Translations under genes and position numbers: made by a program
The notes under the pieces: model-generated
Databases searched by the model: none
The model's input: the letters and a program-made list of their open reading frames with translations, nothing else
What the model was told of the DNA's origin: nothing
Part shown: piece after piece, positions 1-8,462 of the stretch
Position numbering within the stretch: the first letter of the stretch is position 1
Layout of the letters: the number at the start of each line of letters is the position of its first letter
IMG/VR virus record: IMGVR_UViG_3300045988_118131
DNA: 64,000 bases
DNA from: a virus
Direction: 5' to 3' (one strand)

Positions 1-138
1 CATATAGCAAAAATAAATTTAGAGAAAGTTGATAAATTAACGAAGGAAAAGAATGAGCTAATGAAGGAAAATGAAGAACTTAGTGAGAGAATAAAAGCTA
101 TAAGTAACAAAGTGTCGGATTTAATTTCGGATTTATAA
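1..138 (+). CDS. 3' end of a coiled-coil protein (partial, begins upstream of the window)
   Basis: Frame 1 is open from base 1 to TAA 136-138. K/E/L-rich tail: LTKEKNELMKENEELSERIKAISNKVSDLISDL. Confidence 0.4.
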   Translation, partial: HIAKINLEKVDKLTKEKNELMKENEELSERIKAISNKVSDLISDL

Positions 139-140
139 AG

Positions 141-446
141 ATGGGATTAATTGATAAAGTCACAGCCGTTTCTAAAAAGATTAAAAACAATAGAGATATT
201 AAAGATGTTTCTATAAAATTAGGCGAGGAATGCGGTGAAGTACAGGGAGTAGTAAGTATAATGACTGGATTATCTTCCTACAAAGAGGTTAAGAATAATG
301 ACTTAGTTGATGAACTCGTGGATGTGTTTATCAATATAGTGGATATTGGTTTTATTTTTTATGGAAAAAGATTTAGAAATCTGTTTCATAGAAGATTGAG
401 ATTGAAACTTAAAAAATGGGAAGAAAAATACCAACTACAACAGTAA
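141..446 (+). CDS. MazG-like nucleoside triphosphate pyrophosphohydrolase
   Basis: About 100 aa, all-alpha. Motifs LGEECGEVQG and DELVDVFINIVD resemble the MazG EExxE...ExxD metal-binding helices. Confidence 0.5.
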   Translation: MGLIDKVTAVSKKIKNNRDIKDVSIKLGEECGEVQGVVSIMTGLSSYKEVKNNDLVDELVDVFINIVDIGFIFYGKRFRNLFHRRLRLKLKKWEEKYQLQQ

Positions 447-856
447 TGAATGAGTGGGTTTATAATAAATTAAATGAACTGTGTAGGGTACTCCACGATA
501 AATATACTATAAATTGGGGAGGGTGTGCCTTTGTAGCATATTGTATAGCTAGAAACTTATCGGAACGTAATATTCCATATAAAGTAGTGTTATTTGGAAG
601 AATGACAGCAGAATATATGGTTAAAACTAGCTATGCTTGTAATCATGCTTCTATTATGGCAGAAGAGAAGTCTCTTATAAATCCCTATAGTATTTGTGGG
701 ATGAAAATTCCGGATGAAAGTATTGTAGACTTAACTCCAAAGGAGCTATTAGCATATTACAAAAATGCTAAAGGTTCTTGGAATAATGACTACGATGTAA
801 AACTGAATTCAACCGTAAGTAGACAGATTAATAACTTTTTTAAAACTATATTTTAA
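446..856 (+). CDS. hypothetical protein (Cys/His-containing)
   Basis: ORF track 416..856. Start moved to ATG 446, which overlaps the upstream TAA (TAATG). Contains WGGCAFVAY and CNHAS, which could form a Cys-His dyad. Confidence 0.5.
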   Translation: MNEWVYNKLNELCRVLHDKYTINWGGCAFVAYCIARNLSERNIPYKVVLFGRMTAEYMVKTSYACNHASIMAEEKSLINPYSICGMKIPDESIVDLTPKELLAYYKNAKGSWNNDYDVKLNSTVSRQINNFFKTIF

Positions 857-857
857 T

Positions 858-2174
858 ATGAAGAAATTTTTATTGACATTTTTTATTGCATTCGTATCTT
901 TAATGACTTATGCTCAAGTAGACACATTGAAATTGATTCCTGGAAAGGAAATTATGTATGAATTGCAAATTGATACTGTAAAGTATGACTATCTAAAGAA
1001 AGTAGCTTGGTTTGCAGGATTTCCTGAAGTAGAAGCAACTTTTCAAGAGGGAAAGAAAACAGTATGTGCGACTCTAATCAAGGAAGACGATATTATAACT
1101 TTAAATGGCAAGAGTTATTTATATCTAAAGAGTATTCCTAAAGACTGGTTTGAAGTAGCTACCTGGGAGGGAGCTCCACATCCAAGAACTATTACTTTAT
1201 TTTATGGACATAGACTTTCGACTAAGTCTCCTGTAACTGATGAATTTGGAACGTGGTATAGTAGAAAGGATTTTGAAGGAATGACCCTTGATACCGTTAC
1301 TGTAGCTCATATTCTTAAACCTTTAGATGGTATTAAGGATTTCTATATTAATGGAGAGCAGTCCAAAGCTAGTTATGATATTCAAATTGGAGACACTCTT
1401 GAAATTAAATTTGATGTAGAAGAACCAATGGATATTGATAACTATATGTTAGTTAAAGACGAAGATGCCATTAAAGTTTCGGAGCAAGATTCGTTTATTT
1501 TAATTCCAACAGAATCAATAGAAGAAGTTGCGCCAGTAATTAGCAATGTTTTAGGGGATTATACAATAGAATCAAGAAAATTTAATATCAATGTATTTCC
1601 CAAATTTGCCATTGAAGAATTGTCTTATACAACCTTTAGAAAAGGGAATACAGAAAAGAAAGACTATACTAACACTCTGGAAATTAGTCCTGTTGTTTTA
1701 AATGGAGATTCAGTTGTTTTGGAAATCTTGACCAATGAAGATAAACTTGGACCATTTAAAAAGGAATCTTCCAAATTTTCTTGGAATAAAGATGGAAAAG
1801 ATTTGAATGATTCTCTTTATATGGTAGAGGACTGTAAACTTATTATTCCTAAATACAATAAGGGGACTATGGATGGTAAGTATAATTGCATTGTTACTAA
1901 TGGTAAAATTACATTTACTGTAACATTTGATGTAACATCAAATTACCCAACCTCTAATGAGACTATAGATACTAACGATTTTAGAGTACTATGTCAAGAT
2001 GGGCATGTGCTAATCAGCAATGCTGTTTCTAAACATTTAGTTATATCTGATACTTCTGGAAAAATGTTGGTAAATAAAGTAATTACATCTGATATGGAGC
2101 AAATTTCTGTTCCTAAAAATACTGTTCTATTTGTTACGATAGAAGGGAAAACTATTAAGACAGTTTCCAAGTAA
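858..2174 (+). CDS. secreted protein with a candidate type IX secretion (Por) C-terminal sorting domain
   Basis: N-terminal signal peptide MKKFLLTFFIAFVSLMTYAQ. The last ~70 aa (HLVISDTSGKMLVNKVITSDMEQISVPKNTVLFVTIEGKTIKTVSK) have the beta-strand pattern of Bacteroidota T9SS C-terminal domains. Confidence 0.55.
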   Translation: MKKFLLTFFIAFVSLMTYAQVDTLKLIPGKEIMYELQIDTVKYDYLKKVAWFAGFPEVEATFQEGKKTVCATLIKEDDIITLNGKSYLYLKSIPKDWFEVATWEGAPHPRTITLFYGHRLSTKSPVTDEFGTWYSRKDFEGMTLDTVTVAHILKPLDGIKDFYINGEQSKASYDIQIGDTLEIKFDVEEPMDIDNYMLVKDEDAIKVSEQDSFILIPTESIEEVAPVISNVLGDYTIESRKFNINVFPKFAIEELSYTTFRKGNTEKKDYTNTLEISPVVLNGDSVVLEILTNEDKLGPFKKESSKFSWNKDGKDLNDSLYMVEDCKLIIPKYNKGTMDGKYNCIVTNGKITFTVTFDVTSNYPTSNETIDTNDFRVLCQDGHVLISNAVSKHLVISDTSGKMLVNKVITSDMEQISVPKNTVLFVTIEGKTIKTVSK

Positions 2175-2202
2175 TCTAATAATTATTCCTTAACTTTCTA
2201 AA

Positions 2203-2352
2203 ATGTACGAAATGATAATACCAATATTGTTACTAATATTAGGTGTTGTGTTCCTAAGAATTGATCCATATCTTGATATTAGTGACGATGGTATAATCCT
2301 TTGGTACTCAACACTACTGGCAAATAAACGTAAATATATAAAACTTAAATAA
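2203..2352 (+). CDS. small membrane protein (49 aa)
   Basis: ATG 2203 to TAA 2350-2352, below the track length cutoff. Hydrophobic N-terminus MYEMIIPILLLILGVVFL. Confidence 0.3.
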   Translation: MYEMIIPILLLILGVVFLRIDPYLDISDDGIILWYSTLLANKRKYIKLK

Positions 2353-2353
2353 G

Positions 2354-2605
2354 ATGGCTAATATTTTATCAAAATCAGTAACTGCAAGTTCTTTAAAAGC
2401 AAAATCTTCTGGAATCCTGTCAGTTTTTTATAAGACTATTGATTCTTTGCAGGAAGTAGTCAAATCTGCTAAACAGGAAGCTGATATTAAGCAGCAAAAT
2501 ATTGATAGACTGGCTTTAGAGAAGGAAGAGCTTATGCAAGTTGCTCAAGAAAACGAAGCTATTGTTAGTAAACTTTCAAAACTATTAACTAATGAGTTGG
2601 AGTAA
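2354..2605 (+). CDS. hypothetical coiled-coil protein
   Basis: ORF track. Heptad-rich sequence; tiles with + strand neighbours. Confidence 0.5.
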   Translation: MANILSKSVTASSLKAKSSGILSVFYKTIDSLQEVVKSAKQEADIKQQNIDRLALEKEELMQVAQENEAIVSKLSKLLTNELE

Positions 2606-3233
2606 AATAGAAAAATACCTAAAGCCTGGAAACCTAGTTAAGTTTGATACAGATGAGTTGGGAATAATCCTTCCAGATGAAGAAACAGGCACTATACGAG
2701 TATGTGGTGATGGAAACTCTTCTAGAGCATGGTATACCGAAGAAGGTTTAAGAGATAGATGTAATTCAATAGAAAAAATATGGGGACCTGCACCTAATAG
2801 GTATGGAGTAAGTTTTGATACCGAACACAGAAGTCTTTTATATTCTATTTCAACTTTTGAAGTAGATGTATGCGAGAGAAAGAAAGTATTTGTAGGAGTT
2901 AGTAATAATGCCAGCGAAAAGGATATAGCTAGAGTTTTACAAATTATTGAGAAGGAAGGAAAAGAAGCTGTTTTTTGGAGTACAAGTAAATCTCCTATAG
3001 TTAACTATGATATTTTATCCAAATGTCATGAGTTAATAATAGTTACTCCAGAAGGCTTTTGTAATGGCGGTTATGTGGGCAAAGGCTTAGACGAAATGAT
3101 CAGAACGGCTCTAGATAATTGCATTAAAATTAGAGTACTTGTTGAAAATAAACTTAGGAAGTTTAAGCGTTTAGTGAGCAACTACAAAGAAACAGGAAGT
3201 TACGTAAATTATTCTTTATTATTTGTTTTATGA
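2592..3233 (+). CDS. hypothetical protein
   Basis: ORF track. Its stop overlaps the next start (ATGA at 3230-3233). No motif that I can name. Confidence 0.55.
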   Translation: MSWSKIEKYLKPGNLVKFDTDELGIILPDEETGTIRVCGDGNSSRAWYTEEGLRDRCNSIEKIWGPAPNRYGVSFDTEHRSLLYSISTFEVDVCERKKVFVGVSNNASEKDIARVLQIIEKEGKEAVFWSTSKSPIVNYDILSKCHELIIVTPEGFCNGGYVGKGLDEMIRTALDNCIKIRVLVENKLRKFKRLVSNYKETGSYVNYSLLFVL

Positions 3234-3640
3234 CCGATTATACAATATTTACTGATGGGGCATATTCATTTGCTAGAAAGCAAGGTGGATGTGCCTTTAT
3301 CATTTTAAATAGTAAAGGTAAAGAAGTTACGGAATATTCTAAATGCTTCGTCAATTGCACTAACAATCAAATGGAAATGATGGCTTGTATAATAGCTCTA
3401 GAGTCTATAAAAACTCCTTCTGAAATTCTAATTATGAGCGATTCTATGTATGTGATAGGAACATATACAAAGAACTGGAGAAGAAAAAAGAACCAAAAAC
3501 TATGGGAAAGGTTTGATAAAGCTATAGCTTTTCACAAAAAGGTTGATTTTCAACACGTTAAGGGTCATGAAGACAATTTCTATAATAATAGGTGTGACCA
3601 ATTAGCGGTGGAGGCAACTAAGATTTGTTTAACTAAATAA
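3230..3640 (+). CDS. rnh: ribonuclease H (RNase HI type)
   Basis: The DEDD-H pattern aligns with E. coli RNase HI: IFTDGA, NNQMEMMACIIALE, MSDSMYV, HVKGH, NNRCDQLA. Confidence 0.8.
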   Translation: MTDYTIFTDGAYSFARKQGGCAFIILNSKGKEVTEYSKCFVNCTNNQMEMMACIIALESIKTPSEILIMSDSMYVIGTYTKNWRRKKNQKLWERFDKAIAFHKKVDFQHVKGHEDNFYNNRCDQLAVEATKICLTK

Positions 3641-3650
3641 ATAATTACAA

Positions 3651-3764
3651 ATGAAGTACAAGAAGAAATTAGCTTATTTGCAATCTCGCCAAGCATGGTG
3701 GGATAAACAGCCGAAGGATTATCAAGCAGCAACAACTAGACCAGGCTCTGTAAAAGTAAAATAA
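3651..3764 (+). CDS. small basic protein (37 aa), speculative
   Basis: ATG 3651 to TAA 3762-3764 fills an intergenic gap. No further support. Confidence 0.2.
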   Translation: MKYKKKLAYLQSRQAWWDKQPKDYQAATTRPGSVKVK

Positions 3765-3782
3765 AATAATAAATAGAAAAAC

Positions 3783-4880
3783 ATGGAAGGAATTAAAGAG
3801 TTAATTTGGTTAAACGATGGGAGAACTTATAGACAAATTGAGGAAAGTGTACAGCTGATTCCTACTTTGCCTAAAAAGGTTTATAATATGTGCTTAGATC
3901 CATACGAACGTATATATTTGGAAGAGTACTGTGAGAACTTTAACTTTGAATTCAAAGTATATGGCTTGGAAACTAAGTTTATTGACCACGTCATGACCAC
4001 TTTTGAAAATACGTCTGGTAATTTAGGCATTCTCCTAAATGGTACTAAAGGAACCGGTAAAACAGTATGTGCTAAGATTTTGGCCAATAAAATGAATCTT
4101 CCAGTTATTATTGTCCCCAGAAATATGAAGGGTCTTCAAGAATTTGTTTCCAAAATTAGTTCGGACGTTATTCTATTCTTTGACGAATTTGAAAAGTCTT
4201 TTGATAGAAATGATTCTACTATCTTAACTATTATGGATGGGGTGTATAATAGTGGACACCGTAAAATCTTCTTGCTGACCACTAATCAATTATATATCAA
4301 TGATAATTTGATTGGTAGACCTTCCCGTATTCGTTACAAGAAAACATTTGGAAATTTGTCTGTAGAAACTATTAAGGAATATCTTGAGGACAATCTTATA
4401 GATAAAAGTAGATCTAATCAAATTTTAGAATTTGTAGATTCTTTGTCTATATCTACTATTGATATTCTTAAATCAACTGTAGAAGAAATTAACATACATA
4501 ATTGTAATATTTCCGACTTTAAGAAATGGATTAATGTTGAGCAGGCTAAGTTCTCTTGGAAATTCTGGTATAAGAGAATAGATCGTGATGATGATATTTA
4601 TGGGGTTTATACTCTTGAAGACTTTAAGAAAGAATTAAAAGAAACTCCAAAGGATAAATTAGACGACAACTGCATTTGGCAGTCTAGTACTAATACAAAC
4701 TCTTCAGTAGAGTATATGCACGAAGGTGAGAATTTCTACTACGGGCAAATTACCCAAACTCTCACTAGTGACAATTATCTTGTTTTAGAAGACGAGGATA
4801 ACTCTATTTATTATTGTTATATCATTAATATTGACAAGAAACCGTCTCTATATAGAGGAGCGCTAGGTTACGCATTTTAA
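3783..4880 (+). CDS. AAA+ ATPase
   Basis: Walker A GTKGTGKT, Walker B ILFFDEFEK, sensor-1 LLTTNQ, Arg-finger region GRPSRIRY. Confidence 0.8.
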   Translation: MEGIKELIWLNDGRTYRQIEESVQLIPTLPKKVYNMCLDPYERIYLEEYCENFNFEFKVYGLETKFIDHVMTTFENTSGNLGILLNGTKGTGKTVCAKILANKMNLPVIIVPRNMKGLQEFVSKISSDVILFFDEFEKSFDRNDSTILTIMDGVYNSGHRKIFLLTTNQLYINDNLIGRPSRIRYKKTFGNLSVETIKEYLEDNLIDKSRSNQILEFVDSLSISTIDILKSTVEEINIHNCNISDFKKWINVEQAKFSWKFWYKRIDRDDDIYGVYTLEDFKKELKETPKDKLDDNCIWQSSTNTNSSVEYMHEGENFYYGQITQTLTSDNYLVLEDEDNSIYYCYIINIDKKPSLYRGALGYAF

Positions 4881-4899
4881 AAAAAAAATAAAAATAATT

Positions 4900-6906
4900 A
4901 TGCTATTCAAAGAATTTAAAGATAAAGTAGACAACAGTTTTCAACAAATGTGTAAAGGTCAATCTAATCTATTCAGAGCAAAAGTTGATAAAGACTTGCT
5001 TTGGAATACTTATTTGGAATCATTTCCAGAAGAGGAGAGACAAGAACATAATTGTAATTGTTGTAGACAATTTATTAAGAATTGGGGCAATGTAGTAGCT
5101 ATTAAAAACAATAAAGTTATAACTTTTTGGGATATAGAGTGCGAAGAACCCTATAATACTGTAGCTGCTAATCTCAAAAAATTAATTCTAGCTCATCCAG
5201 TTACCGACTTGTTAGTTCAAACTTTCCCTAAATTGGGAACAGACAAGAATACTTTTTTACGTGCTGATGGTACTGTTGGAGTCTGGAATCATCTTTTTAC
5301 AGTGCTACCTGAGAAATTCATATATAGAGGAAGCTCTAGCGAGGATACTGTAATGTCAGATTTTAGATCAACTTATGAAGTATTTACACGTTCATTGAAT
5401 ACGATAACTCCTGATGCAGTAGCTGTTGTTCTAGAGTTGATTGAACAAAACTCGCTATACAGAGGTTTAGAATTTAAGAAAGTAGTTGAAGAGTTTCAAA
5501 CTTTGCAAAATAAATACAATAAACTTCCTCAAAATGAGAAAAATGCTTACATTATTTCTCACGTTAAAAATTCTGGAGTCGTAGCTAGAATCCGAAATTC
5601 TGCAATTGGAACTCTTCTTGTTGACCTATCTGAGGGAGTTGACTTAGATACAGCTGTAACTAAATTTGAGAAAGTAGTTGCCCCTACTAATTATAAGAGA
5701 CCTACATCAGTTGTAACTAAATCAATGATTGAAGCTGCTCAGAAAAAAGTTAAGGAATTAGGTATTGAGAAATCTCTTAGCAGAGATTATGCAAAACTTG
5801 ATGATATTACCGTAAATAACGTTCTGTTTGTAAACAGAGACTTATCTGAACAAGTAGGAATCTTTGACAAACTTAAAGAAAACATAGTGATTAATCCTAA
5901 GAAGTTTTCTAAAGTTGAAGAAATTGGAATTGAAGATTTCATTAGCAAAGTTCTTCCTACTGCAAAAAGTGTTCAAGTATTAGTAGAACAGAAGCATGAG
6001 CCTAATTTAGTTACCTTAACTAAGTCCAAATATGAGGACGCTCCCAATATCTTTAAATGGAATAATAACTTTGCTTGGGCATATAACGGAAACTTAGCTG
6101 ATTCAATAAAAGAAAAGGTTAAGAAGGCAGGAGGTAACGTTAACGGAGTATTGAGATGTTCGTTGCATTGGTTTAATTATGATGATTTAGACATTCATGT
6201 TGTAGAGCCGCATGGAGCTCATATATACTATAGTGACAAATATTCCAATTCGTCAGGAATGCTGGATGTAGATATGAATGCCGGAAGTAAAAGAGAGTCT
6301 AGGGATGCTGTAGAGAATATTGTTTGGACTGATTCAAACAAGATGGCTGAAGGAGTTTATACACTGTACATTAATAACTTCTATAAGAAAGAGTGGACTG
6401 ACGAAGGATTTGAATGTGAAATAGAATGTAATGGAGAGTTGCATAAATTTTCATATGAAAGACCTGTTAGAGATAAAGAAAACGTTAAAGTATGCACTTT
6501 TAAATGGAGTAGAAAGCTAGGAATTACAGAAATAGCTGCATCCATTCCAGAAGCAAGCACTAATATTTCTAAAGAAATCTGGGGAATTAATACTAATAAA
6601 TTCCAGAAAGTCTCCATGATAATGTTATCGCCTAACTATTGGGATGATCAGTCAATTGGTAACAAGCACTATTTCTTCATGTTGGAAGGATGTAGAAGTT
6701 CCGAAAAAACTAGAGGGTTCTTTAATGAATATTTAAAGGAATCTCTAAATGAGCATAGAAAAGTGTTTGAAATTTTAGGAAACAATTTATTGCTTCCAAC
6801 CTCACTAGAGCAACTGAGCGGATTAGGGTTTTCTTCAACAGTAAGAAATGAACTAATTTGTAAGGTAGAAGGCTCATTTGAAAGAATTATTAAAGTTAAA
6901 TTTTAA
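4900..6906 (+). CDS. large hypothetical protein (668 aa) with an N-terminal Cys cluster and a C-terminal beta-rich domain
   Basis: Long clean ORF. HNCNCCRQF near the N-terminus. C-terminal LHWFNYDDLDIHVVEPHGAHIYY...MLDVDMNAG...AVENIVW pattern. Lies immediately downstream of the AAA+ ATPase. Confidence 0.7.
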   Translation: MLFKEFKDKVDNSFQQMCKGQSNLFRAKVDKDLLWNTYLESFPEEERQEHNCNCCRQFIKNWGNVVAIKNNKVITFWDIECEEPYNTVAANLKKLILAHPVTDLLVQTFPKLGTDKNTFLRADGTVGVWNHLFTVLPEKFIYRGSSSEDTVMSDFRSTYEVFTRSLNTITPDAVAVVLELIEQNSLYRGLEFKKVVEEFQTLQNKYNKLPQNEKNAYIISHVKNSGVVARIRNSAIGTLLVDLSEGVDLDTAVTKFEKVVAPTNYKRPTSVVTKSMIEAAQKKVKELGIEKSLSRDYAKLDDITVNNVLFVNRDLSEQVGIFDKLKENIVINPKKFSKVEEIGIEDFISKVLPTAKSVQVLVEQKHEPNLVTLTKSKYEDAPNIFKWNNNFAWAYNGNLADSIKEKVKKAGGNVNGVLRCSLHWFNYDDLDIHVVEPHGAHIYYSDKYSNSSGMLDVDMNAGSKRESRDAVENIVWTDSNKMAEGVYTLYINNFYKKEWTDEGFECEIECNGELHKFSYERPVRDKENVKVCTFKWSRKLGITEIAASIPEASTNISKEIWGINTNKFQKVSMIMLSPNYWDDQSIGNKHYFFMLEGCRSSEKTRGFFNEYLKESLNEHRKVFEILGNNLLLPTSLEQLSGLGFSSTVRNELICKVEGSFERIIKVKF

Positions 6907-6918
6907 AACAGTAAGAAT

Positions 6919-7302
6919 ATGAATAATTTTGAAAAGGCAACAAGACTTAGACTTCGTTTTGAAACATCTCGTGGAAATCTTAATGTAGAGGATCTTTGGA
7001 GACTTCCACTTGCTGAACTAGATAAACTAGCTATTGCTCTTAACAAGCAATTGAAGGAATCTAGTGAAGAGAGTTTCATTAAAGCCAAATCGAAAGATAA
7101 TAAACTTCTGGAGTTACGTTTTGATATTGTTAAACATATCATTGAAACTCTTCTTTCCGAAGATGAAGAAAAGAAGAAAGCTGCGGATAAAAGGGCTAAG
7201 CGTGAACAGCTTCTAGAACTGATTGCTAAGAAGAAGAACCAGGAACTTGAGGGAAAGAGCTTGGAAGAGTTAGAAGCTGAGTTAACTAAACTGGAAGATT
7301 AA
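6919..7302 (+). CDS. hypothetical coiled-coil protein
   Basis: ORF track. K/E-rich C-terminal half (EEKKKAADKRAKREQLLELIAKKKNQELEGKSLEELEAEL). Confidence 0.6.
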   Translation: MNNFEKATRLRLRFETSRGNLNVEDLWRLPLAELDKLAIALNKQLKESSEESFIKAKSKDNKLLELRFDIVKHIIETLLSEDEEKKKAADKRAKREQLLELIAKKKNQELEGKSLEELEAELTKLED

Positions 7303-7313
7303 CAATGCTCAAA

Positions 7314-7353
7314 GGTGGTAAAACTAAAGAGGGTTCGAATCCCTCTACCACTT
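7314..7353 (+). ncRNA. tRNA-like acceptor/T-arm minihelix (not a complete tRNA)
   Basis: GGTGGTA (7314-7320) pairs with TACCACT (7346-7352). GAGGG-TTCGAAT-CCCTC (7329-7345) is a canonical T arm. Only 8 nt (AAACTAAA) stand in place of the D and anticodon arms. Confidence 0.35.
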
Positions 7354-7368
7354 CAAAATTTAGACAAT

Positions 7369-7659
7369 ATGGCGGAGATTAGTATTTCAATTGGAATAGT
7401 TATAGCAGTTTTTATTCCTGTAATTATTGCAATATTGGTGGAAAAAAAGAAGATAAATAGTATAAGGGTAGGACAAGTATGGTTTACAGAAAAGCATTTT
7501 AATCCATTTCTTAGACATAAAAGAAGAGTAAGGGTGAAGGGTATATTAGATGGTTGGGTAAAACTAGACGATCTAAGTTGCTTCGATGCTAATGGGCGTC
7601 CAGTTCGGATGTATTTAACTTGTTCTGATTTAATCACATTATATAGATTAGAAGAATGA
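7369..7659 (+). CDS. membrane protein with an N-terminal TM helix
   Basis: ORF track 7315..7659. Start moved to ATG 7369 because 7315-7353 is occupied by the tRNA-like element. TM segment ISISIGIVIAVFIPVIIAILV. Confidence 0.5.
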   Translation: MAEISISIGIVIAVFIPVIIAILVEKKKINSIRVGQVWFTEKHFNPFLRHKRRVRVKGILDGWVKLDDLSCFDANGRPVRMYLTCSDLITLYRLEE

Positions 7660-7856
7660 AAAAATATTTATTAATTTTAGGGTTAGCAGTGGGACTAAGC
7701 TCGTGTACTAAAGTAAATGACTCAAAACATGAAATAAATTATAAAGGTCACAACTATATAGTATTTGAACATGGGTGTGGACTGAGTCAAAATTATAGTA
7801 TGAGTGTAGTACACGATCCAGACTGCCCTTGTCATAAAAGAGTTTTGAAAGAATGA
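7656..7856 (+). CDS. small lipoprotein (66 aa)
   Basis: Signal peptide with lipobox: MKKYLLILGLAVGLSSC. ATGA coupling at both ends. Confidence 0.6.
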   Translation: MKKYLLILGLAVGLSSCTKVNDSKHEINYKGHNYIVFEHGCGLSQNYSMSVVHDPDCPCHKRVLKE

Positions 7857-8284
7857 AAAAATTTGTATTTATATTGATTTTTTGTTTATCTACTTTATCG
7901 TTTTCACATGTAGAACCATCTAAAGAGATCTCTCCATTTATTGAGTCTTCTCCAACTTATGAAAGTGTCTATATGGTATGTAAGATGTATAATCTAGAGT
8001 GTCCAGAAATAGTGGTAGCTCAATCTGTATTAGAAACTGGTCATTATAAGTCTCAGCAGTGTTTGCAACATAATAACTTGTTTGGATTATATGATTCCAA
8101 GAATAAAAGATATTATAGATTTGACCACTGGACTCATTCGGTTTTAGCATATAAACAAAAAGTACAATATAGATACAAAGGAGGAGATTATTACGAATTT
8201 TTAAGAAAAATTGGTTATGCAGAGGATTCGTTATATGTAGAAAAGGTTAAGTTAATTCAAAAAAGGTTAGAGAATGATATTTAA
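7853..8284 (+). CDS. peptidoglycan hydrolase, N-acetylglucosaminidase (FlgJ C-terminal-like) family
   Basis: Signal-like N-terminus. VVAQSVLETGHYKSQ...HNNLFGL matches the glucosaminidase AQ..lETGwg...NNlFG motif. Confidence 0.65.
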   Translation: MKKFVFILIFCLSTLSFSHVEPSKEISPFIESSPTYESVYMVCKMYNLECPEIVVAQSVLETGHYKSQQCLQHNNLFGLYDSKNKRYYRFDHWTHSVLAYKQKVQYRYKGGDYYEFLRKIGYAEDSLYVEKVKLIQKRLENDI

Positions 8285-8432
8285 GTTTTTATTACCATTT
8301 TTAATGGTCATACTGTTTATTTATTATGTATGGCTGTTTCTTTCTATTACTGGAGTAGTGCCAAGAATTTCCAGTAGAGAATTTAAATTATACCGGATTT
8401 TTATTCCGTTTTACTATTTAATCTTCGAATAA
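8274..8432 (+). CDS. small membrane protein with two hydrophobic segments (52 aa), holin-like by topology only
   Basis: ATG 8274 overlaps the hydrolase stop; TAA at 8430-8432. Sequence MIFKFLLPFLMVILFIYYVWLFLSITGVV...IFIPFYYLIF. Confidence 0.3.
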   Translation: MIFKFLLPFLMVILFIYYVWLFLSITGVVPRISSREFKLYRIFIPFYYLIFE

Positions 8433-8462
8433 CTATTTACAAAATTTTAAATTATTTTATTT

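Noticed and set aside
7325-7353. The tRNA 3'-end-like sequence as a phage attP core.
   Set aside because: No integrase, excisionase or repressor is recognisable anywhere in the window. The element also carries its own complementary 5' acceptor strand, which an att core would not need. It is kept as a minihelix finding instead, and the att idea cannot be fully excluded without the host genome.
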